Shown here in pieces: positions 34,361-45,273 of a stretch of 64,000 nt of DNA. Origin of the DNA: Carpediemonas membranifera BICM (lineage: Eukaryota; Protista; Fornicata); the NCBI GenBank assembly GCA_019828565.1, contig JAHDYR010000028.1:134300-198299 (forward strand). The letters run 5' to 3'. Below the pieces are notes generated by a model. It saw only the letters and a list, made by a program, of their open reading frames with translations, had not been told where the DNA came from and did no database searches. Every line of letters starts with the position of its first letter. The stretch's first letter is position 1. Position numbers and translations under genes: made by a program.

Positions 34361-35695
34361 CTATTCACCGTCACCATACTGCCAGTTGGCGAGTGCCTCG
34401 GCGTCCTCCTTCGACACGGACGGCTTGACCCGATCCAGGGCCCGGAAGAAGTTCTCCGCCGACACGGGCGGCACGTTCACCTCAGAGCCCTCGAACGACA
34501 TGATGTCCCTTTCCACTGCACCCTCGTCTGAAGGCGCGCAGGCCAGCCACTTGGTGCCCTCCGCCGTCTGTGTTGGCTTAAAGTGCGTTGTTGTCTGGAG
34601 CTGCCGGATGGGCTGGAACAGGGCGTCCCGCACCACGATGGAGATGTCGGAGCCTGAGTAGCCCTCGGAGTGGAGGGCGAGTTGGGTGAAGTCGTCGTCT
34701 GTGAGCGTGTTGGGCGTGTCCCCGAGATGGACCTTGAACATCTGTCTGCGGGCGGGCTCATCGGGCAATGGGATGAAGATGCGCTTCTCAAAGCGACGGC
34801 GGATGGCCGAGTCGAGTGAGTCGGGCAGGTTGGTGGCGGCCAGCACGAGCACTTGCCCCCCGTTCTTACCGACGCCCTGCATCTGGACGAGGAACTCCGT
34901 CTTGACCCGCTTGGACGACTCAGAGTCGTTGTCCGACCGGGCAGACGCGAGGGAGTCGAACTCGTCGATGAAAATGATGGCGCGCTCCTCCTGGCGGGCC
35001 ATCTCAAACAGGGTGCGGACGAGCTTTTCCGACTGCCCCTGCCACTTCGACATGAGGTCAGACGCGGAGACGGAGAAGAATGTGCTGTCGCATGTGTTTG
35101 CTACGGCAGCGGCGATGTAGCTCTTCTGTGTTAGCGGCTGGACTGGGACAAACACCGGTACCGGGCGGCCCGTAGAGGAGGATGCCCTTCCACGGGGTCC
35201 GCTTGCCCTGGAACAGGTGGGCGAACTGCTGAGGGAAGATGACAGCCTCCTTGAGAGCCGCCTTCGCCTTCTCAAGGCCAGCGACGTCGTCCCACTTCAC
35301 GTCGGGCTTCGTCTTCACGATGGCGCCCTCAATAGCGCTGTCGAGCTCCGCCTTCTCCTTGTCCTCCTTGGAGCTCTTCTTGTTACCAGTGCCAGACGGC
35401 TGGGCCTCGGCTTGGACGGGAGCGGGGGCCGCCTGACCCTTGAGCAGCTTCGAAAGGGTCTCAGCGCGGTCCATGTAGCCGTTGGCGAAGGACCGCATCT
35501 GCTGTGTGCGGATAGTGTTCTTGTCGTACTTGAACCCCATCATGAAGTACTGGATTGCTGTCTTGTATTGGTCGAAAGCCTCCTGAAACTTCTGCTGGTC
35601 ATCGAACTCACGAGCTCGCTTACCATATTCACTTGCTTTGGTGTAGAAACTGAATAAGATGGTAAAATGGGCACAAACGAGCCTGCATCCGCCAT
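34361..35695 (-). CDS. VPS4: Vps4 AAA ATPase (introns 35650-35678, 35126-35153)
   Basis: MIT domain; WDDVAGLE; Walker A GPPGTG|KS rebuilt by a 28-nt intron; IIFIDE; RRRFEKRI. Confidence 0.93.
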
Positions 35696-35979
35696 TTCGT
35701 TTTTCCACGTTTTGTTATGGAGATGCAACCCTGACCCATAATCCAAACCACATAAAGACTGCTACAATGGCGCTGGTAGCCGGCCAATGGCATGGGCTCG
35801 GTGTACTCTACCCACGAGGCATTTTTATCACATCACTATTTTTGGCGACATGATCTACAGCGTGGGAATTACCATATTTTTTGCGACCAACCGCGGCATT
35901 GCTGCGATTTTGCGATACTCAAGGTCAATTGGATGTAGGTAGCCTCGCTTCGCGTCAATTCCGGAGAAATTTACGTTGC

Positions 35980-36756
35980 TCATTCATCGTAGTCCTTGTC
36001 GAGTATGAACATCTCCAGCCGCTCCATCACGACCTTATGCTCAGTTATCCGCTCGGCCAGCTTGCTCCGAGCAGCTCTCACCTCCATGATGGGGACGTCG
36101 CTCAGTGGGTAGCCCTCGGAGTCCGTCAGCTTATGCGGGTACACGTCACTGAGCTGGGTCAGCTGGCTGATCTCCTTGACGAGCGAGTCGCGCTTGGCCA
36201 TGAGTGCTTTCATCTTCTCGACCCGAGGGGCACCCTGCCGCAACGCAGTGGAGCTCACCTTGTCACCGTTGTCTGAATGAACCACAGGAATGACCACAGC
36301 ATCGAGGGGGGCGAGGCCCCGCTCGAGCCTGACCTTGTTGCAGTGCTCGAGGCCGCCGAGTGTCTCTTCGGATATGATGAGAGCTTCGAGGGATGCTATG
36401 GTGCCTGCAGGACCTACTGGATCGTTGAGCTCGAAGATATCGAGCTTCGGGAGCCTCTTTCCGACATTGATGCCAAGGGTTTCGAGGAAGAGCCTGATGG
36501 CTTGGCACCGATCTTCATAGGACTGGATTAAATGCCCATTCGCCTTGTTCTTTTGCAGTTCTGGAGTGGTAACACCTATCATAATGGTCCCGTCGGTGTC
36601 CGTAACGAGCAGAGAGGCCGACAGCAAGGCGTAGTGGCCAATGTGGAGCCGGTCGAATGTTCCTGCCACAGCTACGAGGTCGTATTCGATAGTTCCTGCT
36701 GGTCTCTTCTCATACTGCCCGTCTCTGGGAGGCTGAGGGATTCGATACTCGGTCAT
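35980..36756 (-). CDS. Phosphopantetheine adenylyltransferase (eukaryotic/archaeal CoaD type) with C-terminal Nas2-N-like domain
   Basis: AGTFDRLHIGH, DPVGPA, ISEET, KVSST motifs; tail LTDSEGYPLSDVPIMEVRAAR. Confidence 0.85.
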   Translation of the reverse strand: MTEYRIPQPPRDGQYEKRPAGTIEYDLVAVAGTFDRLHIGHYALLSASLLVTDTDGTIMIGVTTPELQKNKANGHLIQSYEDRCQAIRLFLETLGINVGKRLPKLDIFELNDPVGPAGTIASLEALIISEETLGGLEHCNKVRLERGLAPLDAVVIPVVHSDNGDKVSSTALRQGAPRVEKMKALMAKRDSLVKEISQLTQLSDVYPHKLTDSEGYPLSDVPIMEVRAARSKLAERITEHKVVMERLEMFILDKDYDE

Positions 36757-36877
36757 TGGAAAGTAACGTTTTCACGGCACTCGTTCAATAGCAGTCACGC
36801 ACACGCGAGTCATTGCTTCCACTCATCGCTGCACTCCTTCTTCTTGGCCGGCCTGTACCCGATCCCCGCCCCGTTCG

Positions 36878-37291
36878 TCACCCGGACCCTCGCCCCCTTC
36901 GCCTTGGGCCGGTCGGGGATCCTCCACCCGTCCACAATGGTCCGGGCCACCACGTCAATGTCATCGAAGGTGATCTTCCGTTCTGTAGGTCTTGCGGGGC
37001 CGTCATCGAAGAGCCCTCGGGCTTCTCGCCAGACCGAGATTCAGCAGCGTCAAGATCCTTCTGGACGTCCATGAATTGCTCAAGCAGACTTTTTGACGAC
37101 CTCTTAGCCACTGTAGGCTGCTGAAGCCATGAAGGCACGTGAGAGTCGCGCACGGGCTCATCGTGCTGGTGCTCTGCAGCGGGAGCAGCTGGAGACGGTT
37201 CTCTGTAAAATTCGACAGTTCGAACGGCATCTCTGTTCTGTATCCCGATCTTCTTCTTCTTCGCTGCGTTCTTCTTGAGTTTAATGGCCAT
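36878..37291 (-). CDS. Hypothetical protein (3' end may be frameshifted or spliced)
   Basis: Lys-rich ATG-started ORF filling the gap between genes. Confidence 0.4.
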   Translation of the reverse strand: MAIKLKKNAAKKKKIGIQNRDAVRTVEFYREPSPAAPAAEHQHDEPVRDSHVPSWLQQPTVAKRSSKSLLEQFMDVQKDLDAAESRSGEKPEGSSMTAPQDLQNGRSPSMTLTWWPGPLWTGGGSPTGPRRRGRGSG

Positions 37292-37374
37292 CGCCACGAA
37301 TTGCCACGCAGGATAAGACGATCGACCAGGGCATCAGCATCTCCTACAGGGAAGCCTTTACCACCGTATCCAAT

Positions 37375-37983
37375 CTAACACCCGCACCCGCCTGTGGACG
37401 CCTCGGGGGCACTGTCGTCCTCGATCTTCAGCGTCCTCGTGCTCCTGACGTTCTCCGTGCTGTTCCGCCCCCCATGCTGCTGCTGCAGGTTCTTGGCGAT
37501 GTGCAGGAACATCGGGTTCAGTGTATCAACGTCCTTGGCCGACGTCTCGAAGAACTGAGCGCCCACCTTCTCAGCATACTCACGACCTTCTTCAGAAGAG
37601 ATAACGTGTTGTGACTTCGGCAAATCGGTCTTGTTAGCCGCAATGGCGAGGATGGGCTTGCCATCGACGTTCTTCACGAGCTCCTGGACCCAGTTCTGGA
37701 CCCGGTCAAAGGAGTCCCGGTCGGTCACGTCGTAGACAAGAACGGCGGCGTTCGCGTCCCTGTAGTAGACTAGCGCAAGGGAATGGAACTTCTCTTGGCC
37801 AGCAGTATCCCACAGGTTCAGTGTGATGGTCTGATCCGCAATATTAAGCACCTTTGAGCGGAAAGAGGCCTGAATCGTCATAATATGGTCACTTTCAAAC
37901 TTCCGCTTGGTGTATTGTAGAAGAATGGACGTTTTCCCTACTGCTCCCTCACCTAAGAGCACAAGCTTGTACTCGGAAACCAT
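37375..37983 (-). CDS. RAB21: Rab21-like small GTPase
   Basis: LGEGAVGKTS, TIQASF, WDTAGQEKF, NKTD, ETSAK, C-terminal CGC. Confidence 0.9.
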   Translation of the reverse strand: MVSEYKLVLLGEGAVGKTSILLQYTKRKFESDHIMTIQASFRSKVLNIADQTITLNLWDTAGQEKFHSLALVYYRDANAAVLVYDVTDRDSFDRVQNWVQELVKNVDGKPILAIAANKTDLPKSQHVISSEEGREYAEKVGAQFFETSAKDVDTLNPMFLHIAKNLQQQHGGRNSTENVRSTRTLKIEDDSAPEASTGGCGC

Positions 37984-38232
37984 ATTTCTCGCTCGCCTCC
38001 TTTTCCAAGCATTTACGAATTTACTCTATTGTATGTAACATGTTGGAGTGCCACGATTCAGCTAACGGCATGCACCGGAGCGCTTGCCGTTTGGCCCTGC
38101 CTCGTGGCGGCAGGTCGGGGGAGGGGAGGGGTGAGTGCGGCGTTTTCGAGGCTGAGGATTCGCGCCACTCGCTGGAGCTCGTTTGTCTTCTTCAGCCACC
38201 ATTCCATGAGGCCCTTGGCGAGGATGGCCCGG

Positions 38233-39097
38233 TGTAGCGGTGAAGCTTGGTTTAATCTGACAAAAGGCTCATCTGACCAGTGTTGACCACCACACTACCC
38301 CCCTGTAGCGCAGCTACCACACTCTAAACTCATCGAAGATATCTTTCACGCCCATTCGCTCTTGGTACGTGTCGAGAGCCTCCAACTCATCTATTTCGCT
38401 GTCGAACGGTTGCCACGTGTCCTCAGCTGCCTCGTAGCCTCTCCAGTGAAGGCGGACCTTCAAGACCGGGTGGCGTCTGACTATCTCGACGCGGTGATCA
38501 ACGATCGAGTCGACCTCGTAGTATTCGCCTTCGCAGGCGGCCATGGCCTCGACCTCGTGTCTGGGCGCCTGGGTTAAGAACTTCCTCAAACGCTCGGCGT
38601 GGACGACCATCTCCTTCTTCATATTGAGGTCGCGGATTGTGAGCGTGTTGGGGTGCTCGGCTGGGTCGACCAGCAGCATCGGGCCGCGCAGTTTCTGTTG
38701 TAGCTTGTCGACACGACCGATGCGCTCGAGCAGCACGTAGCTATCGGGTTCGAGCTGAGCGGTTACCTCTTCCCCCTCTCCGAGCGCTGCTTCCTGCATA
38801 GCCCTGCTGACCTCCACCGACCGTCTGAAAGCTGTCAAGCCCTGTGGGGTCATCAGTGACTGAGGAGGGTCTGCCGAGGGGAATAGAACATCGAATGGCG
38901 TTAGGCCCGAACGGGCGTACGCGCTGGTGTTGATGATGTGCTGCACGTCGCGGACCGTCTCCGTCCACTTCGTGTTGGGGCCCAAATCAGCCATCAGTGA
39001 CCGAATGTGACGCATGACTTCCGCGTTCGCCCGCTCCACTATACCATTGCCCGCTGGGTGGTAGGGCGTGGAGAAACGGTGGCCAATGCCGAGCTTC
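38233..39097 (-). mobile_element. Chromovirus Ty3/Gypsy 3' fragment (integrase end, chromodomain, PPT, ~62-bp LTR 38233-38294)
   Basis: STPYHPAGNGIVERAN; YYEVDSIVDHR..LHWRGYEAAEDTW; PPT AGGGGGTAG followed by TGTGGTGGT...ACCGCTACA. Confidence 0.8.
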
Positions 39098-39304
39098 TGT
39101 GCCGGGGCGAAGAGATTGGAACATTTACATAAACTGCGGACGTGGATGCCTTATGACATCCTACCCCCCTTAAGCTTGAGCTTGTGGGACTTGAGGTAGT
39201 CACGTGCCGCAGTGACGTGGCGGAGCCCGTCAGCGGGTTCCCATGTGGGATCGTAGTCGCCCTCCCAGCGGACGAGAAGCTGCAGTGTGCCGTTGCGGTG
39301 CTTC
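39098..39304 (-). mobile_element. Second chromovirus 3' fragment (chromodomain end, PPT, ~61-bp LTR 39098-39158)
   Basis: LLVRWEGDYDPTWEP; PPT AAGGGGGTAGGA followed by TGTCAT...GGCACA, which abuts the integrase of the previous element. Confidence 0.65.
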
Positions 39305-40044
39305 TGTAATCAATTGATGACTGATTTACCCCGGATCAATTAAATCACTCTCTGTGTTTCCTGCTGCAACAATATATATTGCCATGGTAGTACCGGAAAC
39401 AGTACTGAACTGCGCACCCTACCTTAATAAGGTCTCTGAGGCGGAGTGGCGCCATATGGTTAAGTCCTGGCGTGCTTATGCCGCTAGGTGCCGTGATCCG
39501 ATTGCTATTTTCGACCTGGTGTCAAACGAAGTGCTCGAAACGTTTAAGTGCCGTTCTCCCATGCTGGGCTCTTTTCTCCAGGTGGTGGATGAACCGATGG
39601 ATGAGCATGACCCCGATCGTGAGACGGAGTGGAACGAGGAGTTTATAACAAGATGTTCCAACCTCTCGACGAGCTAGAGGCCATCGAATGGCTGAAGAAG
39701 CTGAATTGCCCCGAGTCGGGCAATCTCGTCGAGAACATGGCCGATTACGTGCTGACATTCAAGGAGACGTGTTCCTACTTCGGCGAGCTGCAGCCTCAAG
39801 CCAAGCAACTCGTGGAGGCGTTCGTCGCGGGAGTCCGCTATCAAGTCCTGAGAGCGAATCGGCGCCAAGAAGAAGAGCAAGGATCTGGAGGAGACCATGA
39901 AGGTGGCTTTTGAGCAAGCCCTGGAGGCTGAGAAGGGTAGACGTGAGGCGCAGCGTCAGTCAGTTGAGTCGAAGGGCGAGAAGACCAAGAAGAAGCATGA
40001 AAACAAGGCGTCTACCAAGTGCCCCTACTGCAACAAGGTGGGCC
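39305..40044 (+). mobile_element. Gypsy element A, 5' part (putative 67-bp LTR 39305-39371 plus frameshifted gag)
   Basis: TGT...ACA segment followed by gag-like ORFs ending KCPYCNKVG, whose knuckle continues at 63704. Confidence 0.7.
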
Positions 40045-40133
40045 TGTCGCAACACCGTATTAATATTTATATATTTTATGGGTGTCGAAATAAATTAGCG
40101 CATCGTTACAACAGTGAATTCACTAGTGGCTAC

Positions 40134-41267
40134 ATGTTCGGTAATATTTCTCTGCCGACTCTGAGCGTTGAGACATTGACTAGCGAAACCTGGCGCTCAT
40201 TTAAGAGGGATGCCGCCCGAATCAAGGCGTTGTATCCCGCCGCCAAGCTGGCTGTCCTCCTCCCCAATGACCTGCAGGACATCATCGAGGACACTCTCAA
40301 CGTAGACCTGGCGAAGGCAAATGACGACAAGATTGACGAATACGTCAGCAAGTTCCTTGCTCCGGTGGACAAATTGTCCCTTGTCAAAGAGCTCGAGGCC
40401 GTCACCTGCCAGGTATCTGAAAAAGAATCACCTCCATTCGCGCGTACGTCAGCGCGTTCTCAGCAGTTTTCTCTAAGGCCGAAGACATCGAAGAGTCCGA
40501 CTCGGACGAGGACGAAGAGGAACAAGAAGAGGACGAAGAAGACATTTCCCCCTTTGAGAAGAACGCGCGTAAGATCTTCCTTCAGGGGATCCGCCCATCC
40601 ACTTTCCGCAAGGTCCTGGACTTTGAACTCAAGGAGCATCCTAAGAGGAAGTCACTTGCCGATGCATACGAGCTGAGCATTGTCCTCGCTCAAGAAGATG
40701 ACGACGCTCGGGCTAAGGCCATTCGCTTTGGTCACTACCAGGCCGGAAAGTCCTCCACCCGAAAGAAAGGAACGGCCGCAGGAGGCCAACCGCCTCGCCT
40801 CCCGGTCCCGGGCGCAGTTGCCTCAGGGGCCCCGGAGAAGTCTTCCACTCTCAAGCCGAACGACGTCAACCCAGCTTTGAAGCCTCCCCATCGTGCCTGT
40901 GGCAAGTGCGGCGGATGGCATTGGGATAATCAGTGCCCCAATGGGGCCCCAATGCGCTCTCGCCAAGAAGGAGGCGGCCTCCGGTCCAACCCGAAGAAGA
41001 AGGAGCCAATCGAGGCTAATCTCCTGGACACGGACCCCGATGAGCCACTCAAAGTGTCTGGTCGTATAAACGACCAAGAGTATTCCTTTATTATTGACAC
41101 TGGAGCACCAAAATCTATCATCTCCGCTGCGTCAGCAGAGGCCCTTGGCCTACAGACAGTGACCGGCCCGACCCTCCGCTTCAGAATGGCGAACGGTTCC
41201 ATTTCGACAACTAACCACTATACTGAGGCTTGGTTACACCTCACGCTGGCGGGAGCCCCAACGCGGT
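40134..41267 (+). pseudogene. Element B gag and protease N-part (frameshifted)
   Basis: Knuckle CGKCGGWHWDNQC; aspartic protease IIDTGA. Confidence 0.85.
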
Positions 41268-41294
41268 GATGGATGTGCTGGGAGGCAGATATGG

Positions 41295-41463
41295 CATACT
41301 GTCCAGGGTTCAGGAATTTCCCTTATTGGGTAGGGGAATTTCCTCGGGCTTTCCCCCGAGGAAATTCCCTGATTGGATAAGGGAAATTCCTGGTGGCTCA
41401 CTCAATATTAAACTGTTTTAATTAATTATGTCATGTGCGTATACTTCATCGACTCAAGTAACC
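41295..41463 (+). repeat. Left TIR with internal palindrome
   Basis: Reverse complement of 57986-58154. Confidence 0.95.
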
Positions 41464-41892
41464 TTCCCCATTTCAGACATTTTTTTCACAACAAGGCTGA
41501 GTAGAATCTTCTAAGTGGTATACATGCACTCCCCTACCAGTAAGAAGCATGCATACCAACTTTCAAATTCTAAATCCTGCTAGAAAAAAGTAACATAGGG
41601 ACAAATATTCCTTGGGAGTTCAGACTCAAAAATCGGGCAGGGGGGAGGAAATGGTCCATAAGTACGCCTTATGGGTCGCTTCCTCCTCTCTGCCCTTTTT
41701 TTATTGACTTCTGATTTGCCAGATTTGACACATGTTCGAGGTGAGTCTTAGATTACTCAAAATGGCCTCCTGATTCAGCAGATAGACTCAAAATTTCACA
41801 ATTCGTACTCAAAACCAATTTCAACAGACGTCTGTTGCAAAATCTGCCAAAAACGCACTTTAAAGTCATTTTTGCAACAGACGTCTGTGGAA

Positions 41893-43145
41893 ATGGTCTT
41901 TAAGCTCTCCGCTGCCGATTTGACGCAACTACACAAGACTAACTACAGTAATACGTACATTGCCGACATTAGCGGGGTCAAAACTGTCGTCAAGGTCGAT
42001 AACTGTATGACACTTCGCCTGACACACGAAAAGACGATACTTCAGGCAATGAAAAGCCCATTTATTGTTACAATCGTCGATGTGGGCTTTGTTGACAGCG
42101 ATCAAGCGTTTGCCACTCGCTTTGTTGACCATATGTCGTGGCGAGACGTTCTGGCACTACCAGTACCGGATCAATGTCGCTACTTGCGGCACTTACTGTT
42201 AGCTCTCAGCCATGTGCATGAGAATGGATTCATCCACGGCGACATCAAGCCCGACAACTACCTTTTCAACCGAGAAGACGGTGGATTACTCATTGACTTC
42301 GGCTCTGCCATCAAAATAGAGGCTCCTACTGGGATTAACAGGTATATGGGACAAGACATGAGAGGGACACCTGGTTTTATCCCCCCGAGCTTCGTGCCGA
42401 CGAACTCAGTCGGAAATCGAAGCATTGTACAGTAGCTATGCGGGAACCACAGAATTTGAACCCCTTCCAGGCTTCCAGGAACACCACAACCAGAAACACC
42501 AACATGCACACAGTTGATGCGGCATACGACATCTTTTCCTGCGGCGTTATCGTCCTCATGATGGCATTGCGACTGGATAAGTCTCCATTTCGATCTGTGA
42601 GAGTGGATGGTGGCAAGCCAAGTAACCCAGACGAGCATATTGGCGCTCTATATAACATGGCGTACTTCTACGGCCGCGAAATCACGATACACAGCAAGAA
42701 GAAGAATGCAGCCCGTGGTTTGATGATCAATCCGACTCTCTGCACGAGAGGAAGCCCTCCGACACAGTATAGGAGCCTTTATGACCTTGCAATGGGGATG
42801 CTCAGCTATAATCCGGAGGATAGACCAACAGCTTTGATGTGCGCTGAACATCTCAACGATATCGCCGCCCTAGCAGCAACGTTCGCATCAACACCACTGA
42901 TGATCAACGACCAGGTGACAATCTCTCAGGAAACGCTCGCTGCCGCCAAACTCACCGTTGAAGCACTTCGAGAAACCCGATTTGCTGGCCGATGCATTGC
43001 ATGTGGCATGCCGGTTCACGATAATCGAACAATAACTTGCAAGACACACCACCAAGATTACAGAAGCATCATGAACCCCCACACAAAGAGAAGAGGACGA
43101 GTTTGGAGGGTTCATCGTGATCTATCATTGATTATTGATATGTAA
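41893..43145 (+). CDS. Cdc7-like Ser/Thr kinase (one frameshift in the C-run at 42381-42386)
   Basis: VVK, HE, HGDIKPDN, DFG, GTPGFIPP(E), DIFSCG, DRPTA; one extra C joins the two ORFs. Confidence 0.75.
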
Positions 43146-43593
43146 CCGCCCAGTATCGAATCACCTCACTACCATGGGATGATCGCATTCACCTTCAAAG
43201 AAAGAGATGAGGCCGCATACTCGACCAGATATAAAGGAGATATGCTGCAGCCTTGAAAAGAAAGAAAGAAAGAAAGAAATTTATGGTGCTTGGATTCTGA
43301 CCCCCGGACTGAGCTTGTTTCCCGTGCTGCAGCCTTGCGCTGGCTTTATAGACAATACCCAGTTGTTTACACTAAAACCGAAAAATCAGTCCAGTAGACG
43401 CTCGAATCGAACTGGAGTGGGGTGGCTGTGATACAGTGTTCGTTCCTGTAGTACCCAGGCAGAAGACCCGACCGGACGATATGGCCTGGAACTCTACCGG
43501 CAAAAAGCAGCTGGCGGCCGCTGAGGAATATGTGGAAGGCGCTTCCAGAATGATCTTTACACTACTTTCTTTGCTTCTATCTTGTACTTACTG

Positions 43594-45273
43594 TTAATCA
43601 CTCTCATCATCTTTTTGTCTACTTGTGGATGACGGAGCGCCTTCCTGTATTTGCGCTTTTCTTTTGATACCCTCTGGGAGACTGACAAGTTCCGCATGGT
43701 CGTCCTGGAGCAGAATAAAGTGGGTAATGCCATGTCTGGAACAGAACACCTGGAAATTCTCACAACGATCAGCAGCTGAGTCGCCAGAAGGGTACAAACC
43801 CCAAAACTGGTGACCATGTGTGAACAATATCACTGTAGAATTATTACCGTTGTTGCACACCATGATGACATTACGCATGTAGATCATGGAAAACTCTCGC
43901 ACAGCATCATCGGTAAGCCAGCCCATCTTGGAAAACAGTTCTGCCTTAGCGGAATCCTCCGTCAGAGCCGTCCGCTTCACCCGGCTTTCCACCAGCTCGG
44001 CACGCAAAGCCATGGCTGCCTCAAGATCTGTTCTGTGGGTCAGGGTGGTCATATCCCGGAAATGGCCGTCCCTAATCATGCAACAGCAGTGCGCAACACA
44101 GCTGCCATCACGGTGTGTCGAGTATTTCCTCCATGACTTCAACCCATTCACAATTTCCTCAACGAAGGACTGTGGCTGACCGCTGGTGCCGATTGGAATC
44201 TCTTTCTTCTCAATCATATTGTTGATGTGAGACTCAATGGCCACAGATGACTCGTGTTCAGACTTGATCAAGAGCAGAGAGCGAAAGTCGACGATCTTAG
44301 CAGTGGAATCGAAGTTCGGGTACGCAGGCCGGTAAACCTTGTTAAGCAAAGGATAACAACGCGGCGGGAGTCTTGCGTCTTCCTCCGATACGATCTTCGC
44401 TTTTGCACAACCGTCAGGTCTTGCGATAATGACTCTTCGCTTCATGTACGAGAGCTTGGACATCCAGAACCAGAATTGCGCGATCTCATGGAGGTGATCT
44501 GGCTGAGTCATGATTCTGATGAGCCACGTGGCGTCATGGGCGGCAAGTTCGACGGCGGGTAGCTCATCTGGTGTCAAAAGCACCACACACCGTTGCATTG
44601 TGAACTTGAACTTGCCAGAATACAACTGAAAGATCGGCCGTGGGTCACGGGCGGAAGACTGGCAGGCGGCAATATACACACCCATGATTCGGGCGAACTT
44701 GCAGACATGACTCTCATAATTCTTCAGAATTGCCTCGATGAAGTCGAAGGCAGTTGTCCAGATGGCTGGTATCGTGCGGGCATCGACCACAAACCGACCA
44801 TCAGAGTCCGAGTGACCAGTGATAATGAAAAAAGTCTCATAGTCACCATACAGCTTGCCGAATTCCTTGATTTTCGCCTCAAAATCGTCCTCGTTCTCGA
44901 ACTGGGCCGTCTCGATAACCGTATACTCGCTATGCATTGCCGCAAAGATCTGACGAATGCGTTCTGCGTGCCCTCCAATGGAGACAGATTCATCAATCGA
45001 AAACTGCCTGCTATCTCCAGCAACGAACCCATAGGTTGGCTCGAACACGATGAGGACACGTGTATTCTTCAGCGCCAGTGCAGTACGGGTGCACTTGTGA
45101 CGTCGGGATGGCGAGGGAAAACCGACGTTGCGTGTTTCGCTACTGATGTCCCCACAGACACATTCAAACAGCTTTGATCCATCCAGATATCGATTTCTCC
45201 ACCCCATTGCATTGAAAAATGTCTGATCGTCGTTCATGACGCCAATGCCAAATTGAGGGTGAGAAAATGGCAT
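43594..45273 (-). CDS. Caspase-like (clan CD) plus OTU-like peptidase protein
   Basis: FIITGHS and VYIAACQS His/Cys motifs; RDGSCVAH...GWLTD...FILLQDDHAELV OTU-like pattern. Confidence 0.55.
   Translation of the reverse strand: MPFSHPQFGIGVMNDDQTFFNAMGWRNRYLDGSKLFECVCGDISSETRNVGFPSPSRRHKCTRTALALKNTRVLIVFEPTYGFVAGDSRQFSIDESVSIGGHAERIRQIFAAMHSEYTVIETAQFENEDDFEAKIKEFGKLYGDYETFFIITGHSDSDGRFVVDARTIPAIWTTAFDFIEAILKNYESHVCKFARIMGVYIAACQSSARDPRPIFQLYSGKFKFTMQRCVVLLTPDELPAVELAAHDATWLIRIMTQPDHLHEIAQFWFWMSKLSYMKRRVIIARPDGCAKAKIVSEEDARLPPRCYPLLNKVYRPAYPNFDSTAKIVDFRSLLLIKSEHESSVAIESHINNMIEKKEIPIGTSGQPQSFVEEIVNGLKSWRKYSTHRDGSCVAHCCCMIRDGHFRDMTTLTHRTDLEAAMALRAELVESRVKRTALTEDSAKAELFSKMGWLTDDAVREFSMIYMRNVIMVCNNGNNSTVILFTHGHQFWGLYPSGDSAADRCENFQVFCSRHGITHFILLQDDHAELVSLPEGIKRKAQIQEGAPSSTSRQKDDESD

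Noticed and set aside
2755-37378. Many antisense or alternate-frame ORFs overlapping housekeeping genes
   Set aside because: Shadow ORFs caused by GC-rich codon usage; no motifs.
41311-41392. CRISPR-like array from GGAATTTCC repeats
   Set aside because: Units are short, inverted and within TIRs; no unique spacers.
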